Below are positions 47,273-56,560 of a DNA stretch of 64,000 nucleotides, one piece after another. Each line of letters begins with the position of its first letter. Position 1 is the stretch's first letter. A program made the position numbers and the translations under genes. The DNA is from an uncultured Phycisphaerae bacterium. Lineage in GTDB: Bacteria > Planctomycetota > Phycisphaerae > UBA1845 > PWPN01. The notes below the pieces were generated by a model that ran no database searches, was not told where the DNA came from, and saw only the letters and a list, made by a program, of their open reading frames with translations. The stretch spans positions 19,413 to 83,412 of the forward strand of contig CALLOB010000005.1 in assembly GCA_938005315.1 (NCBI GenBank). Direction: 5' to 3'.

Positions 47273-48573
47273 GCGCCGCCGGCGGCAACGCCATCGAGGT
47301 TCGCGGGCTGTGGAAGCGCTTCCGCAAGGGCGGCCACGAGGGGCTGCTGTGGGAGCAGCTGGTCCGCGCCGCGGCCCGACTGGCCGGCCGGAGCTCCGGG
47401 CGGGAGTCCTTCTGGGCCCTGCGCGATGTCGGTTTCGAAGTCCGCAGGGGCGAGGCCGTCGGCATCATCGGTCCCAACGGCGCCGGCAAGAGCACCATCC
47501 TCAAGGTGCTCTCCCGCGTCCTGAAGCCCGACCGCGGCGAAGTGGCCGTTCACGGCCGGCTCAGCGGGCTGATCGAGGTCGGCGCCGGCTTCCACGGCGA
47601 CCTCTCCGGCCGCGAGAACATCTTCGTCAACGGGGCCATTCTGGGCATGAGCCGGGCCGAGATCCGCCGCAAGTTCGACCGCATCGTGGACTTCGCCGGC
47701 ATCCGCGAGTTTCTGGACATGCCCGTGAAACGCTACTCCTCGGGCATGTACGTGCGCCTGGGCTTCTCGGTCGCCGCCCACATGGAACCCGACATCCTCC
47801 TGGTCGACGAGGTGCTCAGCGTGGGCGACGTGGCCTTCAAGGTCAAGTGCATGGATGTCATGCGCGGCTTCCTCCGCCGCGGCACGTCGGTGATCTTCGT
47901 CTCGCACAATCTGGCGGCCATCAAGCGTTTCTGCGACCGCGTGGTGCTGCTCGACCACGGCCGCATCCGCCGCATCGGCACACCGGATGAGGCCATCGCG
48001 GAGTACAGCCGGCTGGTGACCGACCTGGAGGACGCCAACCCGGCCGGCGCGGAGGGATCGCACCTCGGCGGACGCGCTGCCGCACCCGGACGCCGGGCCC
48101 GCATCGACGCGGTGCGCCTGCTCAGGGCCGACGGCCGGCCGGCCTCGACGTTCGTATCCGGCGAGCCGGTCCGGCTGGAGATCGACTACCACATCGATCC
48201 GGCCGACGGCGGCCTGGTCGATCCCAACTTCGCCGTGTCGGTCCACATGTTCGGCGCCGGGCTGTTCTTCCAGTTCGACGCCCGGCGCGACGGGCTGCGG
48301 CTGGGACGTTGCGCCGGCAAGGGCACGGTGGCCGTGGACCTGCCCCACCTGGGGCTGGGTGAGGGCATCTACCAGGTCGGAGTGGCCATCGCCGACGAGA
48401 AGGGCCTGCCCGAACACGACTGGCACGACCGCGCGTACCGCATCAGCGTGGTCGCCGACGGAAAGACCGACGGGCCGGTGCATCAGCCGCGGCGATGGAG
48501 CGCCGTCGCCGTTTCGGCACCTCGTGCCGAGACGGGCCGTGAGTCCGCCGCGGCAGTGGAGGCCGTATGCTGA
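47269..48573 (+). CDS. wzt: Polysaccharide ABC exporter ATP-binding protein with C-terminal carbohydrate-binding-type extension
   Basis: The ATG overlaps the previous stop (ATGA). Walker A is GPNGAGKST, the signature is YSSGMYVRL and Walker B is ILLVDEVLS. A ~170-aa beta-rich C-terminal domain is present (VRLLRADGRPASTFVSGEPVRLEIDYH...YRISV). Confidence 0.85.
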   Translation: MSAAGGNAIEVRGLWKRFRKGGHEGLLWEQLVRAAARLAGRSSGRESFWALRDVGFEVRRGEAVGIIGPNGAGKSTILKVLSRVLKPDRGEVAVHGRLSGLIEVGAGFHGDLSGRENIFVNGAILGMSRAEIRRKFDRIVDFAGIREFLDMPVKRYSSGMYVRLGFSVAAHMEPDILLVDEVLSVGDVAFKVKCMDVMRGFLRRGTSVIFVSHNLAAIKRFCDRVVLLDHGRIRRIGTPDEAIAEYSRLVTDLEDANPAGAEGSHLGGRAAAPGRRARIDAVRLLRADGRPASTFVSGEPVRLEIDYHIDPADGGLVDPNFAVSVHMFGAGLFFQFDARRDGLRLGRCAGKGTVAVDLPHLGLGEGIYQVGVAIADEKGLPEHDWHDRAYRISVVADGKTDGPVHQPRRWSAVAVSAPRAETGRESAAAVEAVC

Positions 48574-49520
48574 GCCGCGACGCCGAGGTGTCGGTCATCA
48601 TCCCCTGCCGCGACGCCCGGGCAACGCTGGCGGACGCCATCCGCAGCGCGCTGAACCAGACCGTTCCCCCGCTGGAAGTCCTGGTCATCGACGATCGCAG
48701 CCGCGACGACAGCGCCGCGCTGGCCGCAGGCTTCGGCCCGCCGGTGCGCGTGCTGGCCGGCTCCGGGCGCGGGCCCGGGGCCGCACGCAGAATGGGGGTC
48801 GAGGCCGCACGCGGGCGCTACATCGCCTTCGTCGACGCCGACGACATCGTCGACGCCGCCAAGAACGAACGCCAGCTGGCCGTCCTGAGCGCCGCGCGGA
48901 CCGAAACCGTCGTGCATACCGGGGCCACGCTCCGATGGCTCGGCGACACCCGACCTCCCCGCTTGCGGTCCGGAGGCGAGCGCGCCTCCGGTCGATGCAC
49001 GCGTGCGATCTTCGAATCCAACCCCGTCTGCGGCGCTTCGGTGATGATGCGGCGCGAACTGATCCTGGATCTGGGCAACTTCCGCGCCGATCTGCCCATC
49101 TCCGAGGACTACGCGATGTGGCTGGCGGCCTCGACCCGCGCCGATTTCGTGTATCTGCCCGAGCCGCTGTACCACATCACCCGCCATCAGGGAAACATCA
49201 CCGCCCGCACCGCCCTGGGGGCCCTGTGCCACTGGAAGGCCCAGGAGGGTTTCCGCCAGGCGTTTCCGGATGCCTTCAACGCCCTGCCGGCCGAATCGAT
49301 CCGGCGGTACATGATCGAGCCGGTGCTGGCCGCGGCCCGCGAGGCCTGGTGGCGACGCGATGCGAGAGACGCACGGGCGCTGCTGACCCTCGCGGCCAGA
49401 CTGGCCCCGGAGGACGAGGAAATCCGGCGGCTCGCCCGGCGGGCCCGGCTGCCGATGGGCATCGTGCGGCTGTGGGATCGCCTCGCCGGACAGGCCATGC
49501 CGACCGCGGAGGTGCGTTGA
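48567..49520 (+). CDS. Family 2 glycosyltransferase
   Basis: Contains VSVIIPCRDARATL, VIDDRSRDDS and FVDADD. It overlaps the wzt stop by 7 nt. Confidence 0.8.
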   Translation: MLSRDAEVSVIIPCRDARATLADAIRSALNQTVPPLEVLVIDDRSRDDSAALAAGFGPPVRVLAGSGRGPGAARRMGVEAARGRYIAFVDADDIVDAAKNERQLAVLSAARTETVVHTGATLRWLGDTRPPRLRSGGERASGRCTRAIFESNPVCGASVMMRRELILDLGNFRADLPISEDYAMWLAASTRADFVYLPEPLYHITRHQGNITARTALGALCHWKAQEGFRQAFPDAFNALPAESIRRYMIEPVLAAAREAWWRRDARDARALLTLAARLAPEDEEIRRLARRARLPMGIVRLWDRLAGQAMPTAEVR

Positions 49521-50786
49521 ATGATCAACGACATCCCCCGCGAGACATCCCTGCATGTTGCCCTTGTCGTCGCCCATCCCGGCGGCATCGGCGGCCTGGA
49601 ACGCGCCTGCCGTTTCGTGACCGAAACCATGCTCTCGGCCGGCTGGGGGGTCACTGTGGCCCTGTCCGGGCAGGACATTTACAGCCCCGTCACGTGGGCG
49701 ACGCGAGGTCGGCTGAGGGTGGAAACGGTCGGCTGGGTCGATTCGACCATCGCGGGCGACCGTGAGTACCGGCTGGATCGCATCCGGCGGAGCCACCGCT
49801 GGTTCCGCCGGGTCCGGCCGGATGTGGCCCTGTTCGTCCAGTCATCCAACACGCCGTTCCGGGCCGCGGTCATCGCAGCCCGCCTGGCCGGCGTACCGGT
49901 GGTCGTGACCCACCGGACCATGCCGTGGCCGGTCGCGGATCACGGCTCGCGCCGCCACATGTTCGGCCTGGTGCCCGGCCTGGGCCTGTACCGGCGGAAG
50001 GCCGTTCTCAAAACGCGTCTGACGGCCATGCAGGCCCGCGCCATCGTCTACAACAGCCATGCCGTCCGCGAGGGCTACGAGCGCATCTACGGTTATCCGC
50101 GTGCCCGGGGGCGGGTGATTCCCAACGCCGTCGCCGCACCTGTCGGCCCGGAGCCTCGCCGGCCGGCCGGGCCGCCGGTGATCGGCTTCGTGGGCCGCAT
50201 CGGCCGCGAAAAACGCCTGGACGTGCTGCTGCACGCCTTCGCGCGCCTCCGTTCGAGTCCCGCGCCCCGTCTGGTGCTGGTCGGCGAAGGTCCTGAACGA
50301 CCCGCTCTCGACAGACTGGCGTCCGAACTCGGCCTCGTCGGCCGCGTCACCTGGACCGGGCCGACCGACGACGTCCGGCCGGCCTACGCGGGCATGGATG
50401 TGGTCGTGTTGTGCTCGCCTCGCGAATCCTCGAGCAACATGGTCCTGGAGGCCATGGCCGCCGGACGCGCGGTCGTGGTCACCACCGCCGGCGGACTTCC
50501 CGAACTGGTCGATTACGGACGCTGCGGCCTGCTGGTGCCGCCGCTGGACATCGATGCCCTGGCCGGGACGCTCGCGCGGCTGCTGGCCGACCAGGCGCTT
50601 CGCACTGAACTTGGCCGCCGGGCCGCTGAACTGGCCCGAACGCGACACGACCCTCAGGACATCCGCAGGCAGTGGCTGGACACGCTGCGGTCCGCCACCC
50701 GGGCGAAACGCGCTGCAAAGCATGCATCGGCTGCAAACAAGGCCAGGGAGTATCGGTTTGAGCCCCGGACTGTTCATGGTGTTTGA
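49521..50786 (+). CDS. GT4-family glycosyltransferase
   Basis: The ATG follows the previous TGA directly. Contains GGIGGLERA, FVGRIGREKRLDVLL and SPRESSSNMVLEAMAAGRAVV. Confidence 0.8.
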   Translation: MINDIPRETSLHVALVVAHPGGIGGLERACRFVTETMLSAGWGVTVALSGQDIYSPVTWATRGRLRVETVGWVDSTIAGDREYRLDRIRRSHRWFRRVRPDVALFVQSSNTPFRAAVIAARLAGVPVVVTHRTMPWPVADHGSRRHMFGLVPGLGLYRRKAVLKTRLTAMQARAIVYNSHAVREGYERIYGYPRARGRVIPNAVAAPVGPEPRRPAGPPVIGFVGRIGREKRLDVLLHAFARLRSSPAPRLVLVGEGPERPALDRLASELGLVGRVTWTGPTDDVRPAYAGMDVVVLCSPRESSSNMVLEAMAAGRAVVVTTAGGLPELVDYGRCGLLVPPLDIDALAGTLARLLADQALRTELGRRAAELARTRHDPQDIRRQWLDTLRSATRAKRAAKHASAANKAREYRFEPRTVHGV

Positions 50787-52710
50787 TTCCCGGCCCGGCG
50801 AAGCCTGCCTGGCCGTCCAGCGGATGCTGGCACGAACCGGTCTGCCGCCCGATCGGCGGATCGCCGCCGCCAGGGGCCGCGACTGGGCCTTGGCCGCGGC
50901 GGCCCCCGCAGCCGATGAGCCGACCTGCGGGGCGGGCGTGGCGACATCGGAAGGCCACGTGCTGGCCTGGACCGGCGATCTGCTGGTGCCCGACGACTGG
51001 CGCGACGGGCAGCACGGCCGGCACGAACCCCGCATGATCGGGACGGCGGTGCTGCGCCGCCTCGCCCGCCGCGGGCTCGACTGCCTGGCCGAAGTGGACG
51101 GCTCGTTCTGCGGCGCCTGGTACGACCCCCGCGCCGACCGTTGGCAGATCTTCAACGACAAGCTCGGCCTGATTCCGGTGTTCTGGACGAGCCAGCGCGG
51201 CCGCGACGTGATCGGACCGACTCCCGACGCCGTGCGGATCGGCGCTCAGGCACCGCCGGCGCTGTGGGACGAGGGCCTGACCGACCTGCTGAGGACCGGC
51301 AACATGGTCGACGATCGCACGCTGATCCGTGGCGTGCGCTGGCTGATCGGCGGGCACGTTCTGACGCGGACACCGCAGGGCCTGCAGCCCCGCTGTTACT
51401 GGGAGTTCCGCCATCTTCCGGTAGCCGAGACCGACGTCGGGCGTCTGGTCGACAGCGCCGCAGAGGTCCTCGAACGGTGCGTCCGCCGCCAGGCCGACAC
51501 CCGCTCGCCGCTGCTGCTGGGACTCAGCGGCGGCATGGACTCGCGCTGCATCCTGGCGGCCGCACACGCGACCGGACGGGTGCCGTTCTGCTTCACCACC
51601 GGCACGGCCGTCAGCGAGGACGTGCGCTTCGCCCCGCGCGTGGCCCGCGCCGCCGGCGCCGCCCACCAGTGGCTGCCGTATGAGCCGCGCGAGGCGGTCG
51701 AGCCGCTGATGGGACTGATCCGCCGCACGCAGGGCCTGCACAGTGCACGCCACCTGGCCGCGGCGGCGATGATTCCCCGGTGGCTGGAGGCCCGCAGGCC
51801 GTGCGTGCTGCTCGAGGGCTATCTGATGGGCGCACTGGCCGGCGTGCATCTGCCCGACGCCCGGGACATGCTGCCCGACCGGCCGCCCCACCAGTGGGCC
51901 TGGGCCTGCGCCCGCCTCCACGGCGGCGGCCGAATCGAGGCGGTGGACGACCTGCTCCGGCCGGACCTGGCGCGCAGCAGTTTCGAACGCTGGGCCGAGC
52001 GGATCGACCGGCGTTTTCGACAGGCCCAGGTCGATGACCCCGTCCGAAAGGCCGAATTCGTCGTGGTCGCCGGCCGCAGCGGCCGCAACGACGTGATCGG
52101 CACGTGGATGCTCACGCCGCACGCCGTGCTCCGCTGCCCCGGCAGCGACCGGGCGATGCTCGACTGGTATGCGGCCGCGCCGCCGGACCTGCTGCGCGGC
52201 AAGCGCTTCCACATGGAACTGATCCGCCGCCGCTATCCGCGTTTCGCGCGCGCCCAGCGCGCCAGCTACGACGGCCTGCCCCTGACCACCGATGCCTGGA
52301 GCCGCAACTGGTGCTGGCAGAAGGAAAAGCTCTTCCGCGCGTGGGCACGACTGCGCCACCCCTGGACCCGCGAGGTCGGCCTGGGCGCGGCGGGCATGCT
52401 GATGCTCACCCTGCGGGCCTGGAAGGCCTCGGGGGCGCTGGATATGTTGCTGGAACCGGACGCGCGGGTTCTCGAATGCCTCCGCCGGGACAGCCTGAAA
52501 CGTCTGTGGCACCAGGCCGACGTCGACAAGGACGCCCTGGCGCTGCTGATGGGCGTCGCCACCGCCGAGATCGCCCTGCGCGACCTGGAGGATGCCCGGC
52601 CGGCGACGCCGCCGACCGTGGTGGGCGAAGTCCGCTTCCGGTCGATGGAAACCCGCGGAAAGGCCGCCAACGCCGCGACCGCTGAAGATGTCGTGGGGGT
52701 GCACCCGTGA
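50776..52710 (+). CDS. Asparagine-synthetase-B-like protein lacking the N-terminal Cys nucleophile
   Basis: It starts MVFDSRPG, with no Cys2. It keeps VDGSFCGAWYD...NDKLGLIPVFW and the PP-loop LGLSGGMDSR. This is the 3' part of ORF 50398..52710. Confidence 0.65.
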   Translation: MVFDSRPGEACLAVQRMLARTGLPPDRRIAAARGRDWALAAAAPAADEPTCGAGVATSEGHVLAWTGDLLVPDDWRDGQHGRHEPRMIGTAVLRRLARRGLDCLAEVDGSFCGAWYDPRADRWQIFNDKLGLIPVFWTSQRGRDVIGPTPDAVRIGAQAPPALWDEGLTDLLRTGNMVDDRTLIRGVRWLIGGHVLTRTPQGLQPRCYWEFRHLPVAETDVGRLVDSAAEVLERCVRRQADTRSPLLLGLSGGMDSRCILAAAHATGRVPFCFTTGTAVSEDVRFAPRVARAAGAAHQWLPYEPREAVEPLMGLIRRTQGLHSARHLAAAAMIPRWLEARRPCVLLEGYLMGALAGVHLPDARDMLPDRPPHQWAWACARLHGGGRIEAVDDLLRPDLARSSFERWAERIDRRFRQAQVDDPVRKAEFVVVAGRSGRNDVIGTWMLTPHAVLRCPGSDRAMLDWYAAAPPDLLRGKRFHMELIRRRYPRFARAQRASYDGLPLTTDAWSRNWCWQKEKLFRAWARLRHPWTREVGLGAAGMLMLTLRAWKASGALDMLLEPDARVLECLRRDSLKRLWHQADVDKDALALLMGVATAEIALRDLEDARPATPPTVVGEVRFRSMETRGKAANAATAEDVVGVHP

Positions 52711-53678
52711 AGACCCTGCTGGCCGGACCCTACGTCGGTGAGATCGGCTGGGAGCTGATGTCCTGGCAGGCTCACGTCCGGCGGGTGTTCCGGGAGGAAG
52801 GCTTCGACCGCCTGGTGGTCCTCGGTGCCGCCGGTCGTGAGGCCTTCTACGAAGACATGGCTGCCGACTACCGCGTCGTCGATCTGAGCGGCCTGCCCGG
52901 CGAACCCTGCGAGGACCGCCGCGTCGATGCCCACCGCCGCCCCCTGCCGGTGCCGCAGATCCGGGCCTGCATCGAACCGATGCTGCAGAGCGCGGTCCGG
53001 ACGCTCCGGGACGCGGGTGCGGCCGTCACGACCCTCCTGCCGGCCATGGAGGGGCGACTCCTGCCCTGCGACGCGGCTCACCAGAGGTTCATTCAGTTCC
53101 GGCGCGTCCCGCGCGACCCGATGGATGCCCCCTGGGTCGTCCTGGTCATGCGGCAGCGGGCCTTCAATGCCGACCAGAACTGGCCGACGGCCTGCTGGGA
53201 GGAACTGTACGATCTGCTCATCGACCGGGGCATCAACGTCAGCAGCTATCCCAACGAGGCCGCCTCGGCCATCGAGGCGCTGTCGGCCTGCGACCTGGCC
53301 GTCGGGCACTCCACCGGCGGGCTTCACCTGGCGGCCCTGTGCGGCTGCCCGCGCCTGGTATGGTCCTGGGATGACTCGGTGCGCGACTTCCCCTGGGGCA
53401 TGACCCAGCGGCAGCGCTACCAGACGCTCTGGAACCCGCTGGGCAGCCCGGTGATCTTTCACGGCCAGGGCGAGTTGCCTTCACCGGCCATGGTGGCCGC
53501 ATGGGTCCAGCAGGCGCTGGAGCGCATCGGCCGTCGGACCGGGCGGGCGTGGCACCGCCGGGCGTTCCGTGCCGCCTGGCGGGTCCGGAACGGCCTCTAC
53601 GATAGCGTCGTCCGCCGGCCCTCGTTCAGGCGGTGGCCCTGGCGACTGCAGGAGTTCGTGCGTTACGGACTGATCTGA
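52707..53678 (+). CDS. Hypothetical protein, possible GT9 (heptosyltransferase)-like GT-B glycosyltransferase
   Basis: The GTG start overlaps the previous stop (GTGA). The N-terminus is MKTLLAGPYVGEIGWELMSW. The segment AVGHSTGGLHLAALCGCPRLVWS resembles the GT9 C-terminal motif (nDSGxmHLAAAlGtPxv). The assignment is weak. Confidence 0.4.
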   Translation: MKTLLAGPYVGEIGWELMSWQAHVRRVFREEGFDRLVVLGAAGREAFYEDMAADYRVVDLSGLPGEPCEDRRVDAHRRPLPVPQIRACIEPMLQSAVRTLRDAGAAVTTLLPAMEGRLLPCDAAHQRFIQFRRVPRDPMDAPWVVLVMRQRAFNADQNWPTACWEELYDLLIDRGINVSSYPNEAASAIEALSACDLAVGHSTGGLHLAALCGCPRLVWSWDDSVRDFPWGMTQRQRYQTLWNPLGSPVIFHGQGELPSPAMVAAWVQQALERIGRRTGRAWHRRAFRAAWRVRNGLYDSVVRRPSFRRWPWRLQEFVRYGLI

Positions 53679-53679
53679 C

Positions 53680-54735
53680 ATGGCGGAAGCCGGATTGACA
53701 GGCTGCTGTTCGCCCCGGATCGCCGGCGGCCAGCGTTCATCCGCCCGGCGGTCGCCGGCCTGCGCATGCTGCGGCGCGCACGACAGCCGCCCGTTGTGGC
53801 CCCGGCACGCCGGGACCGGTCGCCTGACACTTCCGCTGCACCGTTGCCGGAGATGCGGCCTGATCTTCGCCTGGCCGCAACCGGACGCTCAGGAGATCCG
53901 CGGCTTCTACGACGCCGACTACTACGTCTTCCACGAGCCGCCCGCCAAACGCTGGGGGCGGGCCGCGCAGCTTTACATCGAATACCTTCTGCCGCTGGAG
54001 TCGCGCGGCGGCCGCCGCCTTCTGGAGGTCGGTTGTGCTCAGGGCGAACTGCTGGTTCTGGCCCGGCGGCGCGGGTGGAACGTCGTCGGTATAGAACTCT
54101 CTTCCCCGGCGGCCGAATATGCCCGCCGGCAATGGGATTTGAACGTCCGCACCGGCACGATCGAGCAACACGCGGCCGACGTGCCCCCCTGCGACCTGGC
54201 TGTCGCGACCGATGTCATCGAGCATGTGCCGGAGCCGCGACGTTTTCTTGGGAGCATGGCTTCAGCCCTCGGGCCCGGCGGACTCGTACTGCTGGAAACA
54301 CCGAACTGGGACAGCCCATGGCGAAGGCTTGGCGGCCGACACTGGATCGGCCTGAATCCCTTCCACATCTTCCTGTACGGCACCCGCAGCCTGACCACGC
54401 TGGCCCGGCAGTGCGGCCTGGAAAACGTCGAGATGCGCAGCGTCACCCATTTCGCCCATGCGCTGTGGGGCCATCGGCCCGAACTGGACTGTCTGGTGCG
54501 GCGACTGCCCGAGAGCCTCGCATGGCGGGTGCGGGCGGGTCTGGATCGCCTGACTCCCCCCTCCCGGTCGCGGGCTTTGTGCCTGGACCCGCCGGACTCC
54601 TGCGACTCCGCTCTGGCACGGATCGAGGCCGCCGCCCGAAACGGCGCGGCTCCGAAGAAACAGGGCGTCTTCCATCCCTGGCGAACCTCCCTGGGCGACA
54701 ATCTGGCCCTGCTGGCGCGGCGCCAAGACCGATAA
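53680..54735 (+). CDS. Class I SAM-dependent methyltransferase with N-terminal Cys-rich (zinc-ribbon-like) segment
   Basis: The Cys-rich part is CACCGAHD...HRCRRCGLIF. The methyltransferase part has RLLEVGCAQGELLVLARRRGWNVVGIELS, DLAVATDVIEHVPEP and LGPGGLVLLETP. Confidence 0.7.
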   Translation: MAEAGLTGCCSPRIAGGQRSSARRSPACACCGAHDSRPLWPRHAGTGRLTLPLHRCRRCGLIFAWPQPDAQEIRGFYDADYYVFHEPPAKRWGRAAQLYIEYLLPLESRGGRRLLEVGCAQGELLVLARRRGWNVVGIELSSPAAEYARRQWDLNVRTGTIEQHAADVPPCDLAVATDVIEHVPEPRRFLGSMASALGPGGLVLLETPNWDSPWRRLGGRHWIGLNPFHIFLYGTRSLTTLARQCGLENVEMRSVTHFAHALWGHRPELDCLVRRLPESLAWRVRAGLDRLTPPSRSRALCLDPPDSCDSALARIEAAARNGAAPKKQGVFHPWRTSLGDNLALLARRQDR

Positions 54736-54799
54736 TATCGCCCGCCGGGCCCACGCAAACGCCGATCAGGCCTATTGGACGCGGTTGCGGCCGATATTC

Positions 54800-54852
54800 C
54801 TCAACTTTTCTGCGGACCGACCGATATCCCAATCGAGAGCGGTTATCGGAGT
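54800..54852 (+). promoter_or_regulatory. Three-block conserved intergenic element, copy A
   Basis: The element is CTCAACTT-N10-CGACCGATATCC-N12-GTTATCGG-AGT. The same blocks at the same spacing recur at 56561-56614. It ends 41 nt upstream of ATG 54893. Confidence 0.5.
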
Positions 54853-54892
54853 TCCCGCTCGCGGGCGCTGCCCGATACCCGAGGTCGATGCG

Positions 54893-56404
54893 ATGCCGGC
54901 CGGCTCAACGATGATCAAGGGAGCCCGCCCGGCGGCGGACGACCGGGCGTATCGGGAAGCCTTGGAACGCTGGCGGCGATGGCTCGATCACGAGCCCGAG
55001 CTGCCGGGAGCCGATCGCCGCGGGGCCGCCCCGCCGAGGCGCGTCCTGCTGATCAGCTACATGTTCCCGCCCGCGGGCGGAGCCACCCTGCAGCGGCCGG
55101 CCAGGCTCGCCGCGTACCTGCCGACCTGCGGGTGGTCGGTCGAAGTCGTCACCGCGAACCATGAGCGGTTCGCCTGGTACGACGCCACGATGGAGGACAG
55201 CGCCGGCAGCGGCGTTCACCGCGTCAGCGGCTGGGAACCCGCGTGCCTGGCAGGTCGCATCGCTTCGTTGTTCCGGTTGCATACGGGAACGGATGCCCGT
55301 CACCATGCACGAGTTGAGGTCGGTCGACAGGGACGTCGACCGACCTCACGCTTTGAAGACGCCCTCTACTGGCGCCTGACCGCCCTGGCCGAGCGGCTCG
55401 GCGCAGGCGACGGCAGCAGCCTCTGGCAAGGTCCGGCTTTTCGCGCCGCTCTCCGGCTTCACCGCGCATGCCCGTTCGACGCCGTGGTCTCCACCGGCCC
55501 GCCGCACTTCGTGCACCGCATCGCCGCACGCCTGACCGCCGTCGCCGGCCTGCCCTGGCTGGCCGATCTGCGCGATCCGCTGATCAGCGACTTCGACCGG
55601 GGATGCGTCGGTCATCAGCCGGATTCCGCGTCTGCGAAACTGGAACGCATGATCCTGCGGCAGGCCCGTATCGTCGTGACCACCTGTCCGGCGCTGCGCG
55701 AGGATCTGCTGAGCCGCTACCCCGACAGGTCCCGCGACAGCATCCGGTGTGTGACCAACGGCTTCGATCGTCGTGACCTGCATCCGCTTCTGAGGGATCC
55801 CGCGTTCACGTCGCCCAGGACAGACCACTGCATTCTGGCGTGCGCGGGATCGCTATACGGCCGCCGCGAGCTGTCGCGCATCGTCGAGCCGCTGGCCGGC
55901 GTGCTTTCGGCCCGGCCCGACTGGGCGGCAAAGGTCCGACTCGTGGTGGCCGGCACGATCGACCGCGAACAGCGCCGATTCTGGCAGCAGTGCGCTCCTG
56001 AATGGCTGACCTTCGCCGGATATCTCGATCACCGGCAGGCACTGGCACTGGCAGCCGGTGCGGCCTGCAATCTCGTCATCGTCCCGGACTGCGCGCACGG
56101 CCGGATGAGCATACCGGGCAAGACCTTCGAGCTGCTGGCCCTGCCGCCGCACATCCTGGGCATGGTTCCGCCGGAAAGCGACACCGCCCGCATCCTGCGG
56201 CGGGCCGGCAACGCTACCGTGGTGCCGTTCGAGGATGCCGGGGCGGTCCGGGCCGCCTTCGAGCGCATCATCGCCGCGCACCTGGCGGGACGGCTCATTC
56301 CGGACCGCAACTGGCAGGCCGTCGAGCCCTACGACCGCCGTCGCATCGCCCGGCGGTTCGCCGCCTGCCTTTCTGCGGCAGTCCAGTGCCACTGCGGAAG
56401 CTGA
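54893..56404 (+). CDS. Glycosyltransferase (GT4-like)
   Basis: Starts MPAGSTMIKG. Contains RVLLISYMFPPAGGATLQRPARLAAYLPTCGWSVEVVT and GKTFELLALPPHILG. The start is ATG 54893 after GAGGtcgatgcg. Confidence 0.6.
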   Translation: MPAGSTMIKGARPAADDRAYREALERWRRWLDHEPELPGADRRGAAPPRRVLLISYMFPPAGGATLQRPARLAAYLPTCGWSVEVVTANHERFAWYDATMEDSAGSGVHRVSGWEPACLAGRIASLFRLHTGTDARHHARVEVGRQGRRPTSRFEDALYWRLTALAERLGAGDGSSLWQGPAFRAALRLHRACPFDAVVSTGPPHFVHRIAARLTAVAGLPWLADLRDPLISDFDRGCVGHQPDSASAKLERMILRQARIVVTTCPALREDLLSRYPDRSRDSIRCVTNGFDRRDLHPLLRDPAFTSPRTDHCILACAGSLYGRRELSRIVEPLAGVLSARPDWAAKVRLVVAGTIDREQRRFWQQCAPEWLTFAGYLDHRQALALAAGAACNLVIVPDCAHGRMSIPGKTFELLALPPHILGMVPPESDTARILRRAGNATVVPFEDAGAVRAAFERIIAAHLAGRLIPDRNWQAVEPYDRRRIARRFAACLSAAVQCHCGS

Positions 56405-56560
56405 GTCCGCCGTGTATCCCTTGCCGGAAGAACCGCCGGCGGCCGCAGGTCGGCAGGCGTGGACACGTCCGATAATCAGGCGGTTCTCAGGCCTCCGGCG
56501 GGCTGGGCATTTCCCTGGCTGGCGGGATCTGCCGGGGGCGGCCGGAATGACCGGGGGGAC

